A DNA stretch of 54,560 nucleotides, filler included, from Bipalium vagum (taxonomy: Eukaryota), in NCBI GenBank assembly GCA_037834085.1. It is 3 parts of 3 records of this genome, joined end to end, with 100 filler letters (N's around TTAATTAATTAA, not from the genome) between each part and the next. Parts side by side here need not be neighbours in the genome. Positions count along the whole stretch, not along the records: positions 36,860 to 54,560 come from JBBMKC010054881.1; 2 more parts are not named here. One strand, given 5' to 3'. Position 1 is the stretch's first letter, and every line of letters starts with the position of its first letter. Under the pieces are notes generated by a model. That model had not been told where the DNA came from and did no database searches. It saw nothing but the letters and a program-made list of their open reading frames with translations. Positions 51,907 to 54,560 of this stretch are shown here, piece after piece. Position numbers and translations under genes: made by a program.

Positions 51907-52356
51907 TAAGTAAGATAAATATAATAAAACAAGATTTGAAAGTGAGTATCAATATAAACAAGATCGAATTTATACTTTGGTAAAATGACAATATCAGAAT
52001 TACAGGGTTTTTACTCTCATTTTGAAAATATGTACGAAAAAAAACCCACAAAAATTACAAAATTTTATTCATCGATAATGGCTTTCTTTTCATATAACGA
52101 TAACATGATATAAAATCATTTGACTATATTAATATACCAAAATTATTTATAAGCTTAATTAAAGTTTCTTTATCTGATGGACACAATTGTCTGATATAAA
52201 AAATTGGATAAAAGTAAAAAAAAAATTTTTTAATTCTAACTTTAAAAATATCATTTTTTTTAATATTTTAAATTTTTTTTAAATTATTTTTTAAAATATT
52301 AATTAAGGAAAACATTACTCATCCATTGATTTCTGCTTTCTCCATTTTGTGAATTA

Positions 52357-52895
52357 ACATCAGTATATAGAAAAAAACAGATACCGGCTTATACACATCA
52401 AATAACAGCTATTGTGAGGAAAAGTATAAAAGCGGCCTAATGAAAGGATTAATACACCGAGTTTGGTTCTTAACATCAGATTATAAGCAGATTGATCTAG
52501 AGCTGAATGAATTAAAGAGAAGGTTACAAAAAATGCATATCCAAATTGGAAAATTGAAAAGACGATACTGTAAATAAATTCATGGATAATAAAGAATGCA
52601 AAAAGAAGAAAGATAAAGAGAAAAATCAATATAAGAAAATCAATAAAATTCCCTATTCAGAAGGATTTAAGGTGTTTAAAAGTAAAATATTACAGACAAT
52701 AAATGAAGAAGGTCTAAAAGTAATATTTCTAACAGCTAAAACGAAGAATTTTTTAAAAATCAAAACAGTGACTCCAAAACCAATGCAAGCTAATATCGTG
52801 TACAAATTCCAATGTCATGGATGTGGTCATCTATACATAGGGGAGACACAACGTCACCTAAAGACACGAATTAGTGAGCATTCTCAAAAAAGTAG
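52357..52895 (+). mobile_element. Penelope-like element fragment (RT thumb plus GIY-YIG endonuclease)
   Basis: TSVYRK.TDTGLY..KYKSGLMKGLIHR..ELNELK.RLQKNAYP, then IPY, then NIVYKFQCHGCGHLYIGETQRHLKTRISEH. Truncated at both ends. Confidence 0.93.
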
Positions 52896-54560
52896 GTGGT
52901 TAAATCGATCACAAAAAACAAAACGTTATTATGGATAACCGGCTGCATCATCATTAATTATTTCGGAATTGACGTACAGATTCCTCTGGCTTATTGACGT
53001 ACTGATTCCTCTGGCATTAACGGGAATAGTTGTCTCCTTTTATATGCGTAGAGATTGGTCTACGATCACCAATCCCTAAGCTCAGAGACGGCTTATGTAG
53101 AGTCGGAGCTTATGTAACTCTTAGGACTTAACGGTTGAAGGTTGCTTTAGGTTGTGTTCGGTATTAATTAAATCAAATGAGAGAACAATTTTAGAGTTAA
53201 TACTTTTATTTAAATGTAATAAAGTAAACAGATTAATGACAATAAGTGATATCGAATTTGATTGATCTTTAGAAAGGGATTAATTATAATTATTATTTAA
53301 TAAAAATCCTCTCGCTCTTAGGCTCAAAGGTCCTCAGTAAAGAATAAAAATATATCTCACCGTCCTACTTGACGTGTGAAATATAAGCAGTAAAAAATAA
53401 AAAATAAAAGGAACAGGAACAAAAAAAGATTAATTGATCCTCAGGTCCTGGCCTGAGTATTTACTTATTTAATTAGTGCAAGCTATGTCTTGTCTGACAA
53501 GACACGCTTGTTAATAATAATATAATGGTAATTTAAAATAATTACTTGAGATTGACCTAGTCTTATAATCCTTAGGATATAAGCTAGTTATATATTATAT
53601 TACGAATATAGTAAGATTCAAAGTAACGTGATAATAAACTATGATTATAATAAAATTTATCAATGAATAAACTTTATCAATACTTATAAAAATTTCTTGA
53701 CACTTATACGTATTACAAAATAACTTTTCAAATATCCAAAATTAAATTAACGAAATACAATTAAAATTAAAATATATTTGACACTTTGTTGCAAGTTATT
53801 ACAACAAGTGAGTAAAATATCAAAGGTTTACTTCTTCAAAATAAAAAGCATATAATTTTTGTCTCGGATTTGACGTTGTTTCTCCTAAGGCTTATTGAAT
53901 CACTGAAGGGTGTCTGTCGTAGATTGTATCCGTTAATGAATGAATAGGTTCACGACTGAATTTTTCCTCTGATAGTCGTTCGTAGACTCGAAGATATCGG
54001 TTCGTGGATTGTGTCTCTCTTTATTCGTTCTTTCTTTCGTTTTCCTTTTTTCTCTTTTTTATTTGATGGAACTGATTGCTTAGATAGGCTCGTTGTCGGA
54101 AATTCTGATAATTGTAGCTATAATTATTGTCACTGATAACGGGGTTGTTCGTCATGATTGCCGGATGTGAGAATGAATTGTTGACGGCTCTTGTCAGATA
54201 AAATTTTGATTTGATTTAATTGTTTTCTTGATCGCTATGTGACCTTTGTTGACCGTTGCGCTTGAGCCTCGTTTTCTTGTTGTTTTAATTCTGAATTTGT
54301 TATTGTTTGTTTAAAAACTCCTTTTGATCATTTATAGTCTTTTATGGTATTTCCTGATCGTGCGTATTCTACCCGTTCTATTCTTGTCGTCTATATTATT
54401 TTGTTTTGGTTTTTGTGTCCTCTTCTTATAATTTCTTTCGCCTTATATATATTTCTTAAACTCCCTTTATTTAAAATTAGTAAGTTTTCTTGTTGTTTTA
54501 ATTCTGAATTTGTTATTGTTTGTTTAAAAACTCCTTTTGATCATTTATAGTCTTTTATGG
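52896..54560 (-). mobile_element. Probable 3' part of another LTR retrotransposon that truncates the Penelope copy
   Basis: The A-rich minus strand gives RNIYKAKE..RVEY..K*SKG.F..NKFRIK..VNKGHI, resembling a Gypsy integrase C-terminus. An LTR-like GC-richer segment with 25-bp tandem repeats lies at 52968-53015. LTR ends and orientation are not resolved. Confidence 0.4.
54271..54560. repeat. Exact 77-bp direct repeat, period 213 bp (54271-54347 and 54484-54560)
   Basis: GTTTTCTTGTTGTTTTAATTCTG...GTCTTTTATGG occurs twice; the second copy runs to the window edge. Confidence 0.95.

Noticed and set aside
1-54560. CRISPR arrays, tRNA/rRNA genes, prokaryotic operons or an alternative genetic code
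   Set aside because: I saw no regularly spaced repeat-spacer array or RNA gene signature. In-frame stops occur in frameshifted TE or pseudogene relics, while the host genes read normally.

Overview
Very AT-rich eukaryotic genomic DNA from a draft assembly, with N-gaps and two artificial N44-TTAATTAATTAA-N44 joins. The repeat landscape and 42-52 nt introns fit a triclad planarian, which is an inference. I can support two host genes. One is a plus-strand dispersed C2H2 zinc-finger gene with coding exons 5198-5567 and 8989-~9177. The other is a complete five-exon minus-strand divergent UMP-CMP/adenylate kinase gene (51906-50795, 202 aa). Most of the remainder is decayed transposons: many mariners of four subfamilies, Tc1-like and ITmD37E-like pieces, a Merlin, a MULE-SWIM fragment, a Penelope-like RT/GIY-YIG fragment, and a three-level nest (mariner containing a 4.2 kb short-LTR Ty3/Gypsy element containing a Tc1 fragment). 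A largely TE-free, GC/CpG-richer block at about 19-33 kb looks like the promoter/enhancer landscape of an unidentified gene, with outward-facing splice donors, a 45-nt microexon, a G-quadruplex motif and Pbx/Meis/Hox/COE sites. I cannot demonstrate a new biological system from sequence alone. The best leads are that regulatory block, a predicted spliced uORF with an ATGA stop-start overlap on the zinc-finger gene, the Gypsy element lacking a canonical PBS, decayed minimal hammerhead-like motifs, and the divergent kinase. TE fragment boundaries are approximate unless a TIR, LTR or TSD is cited.
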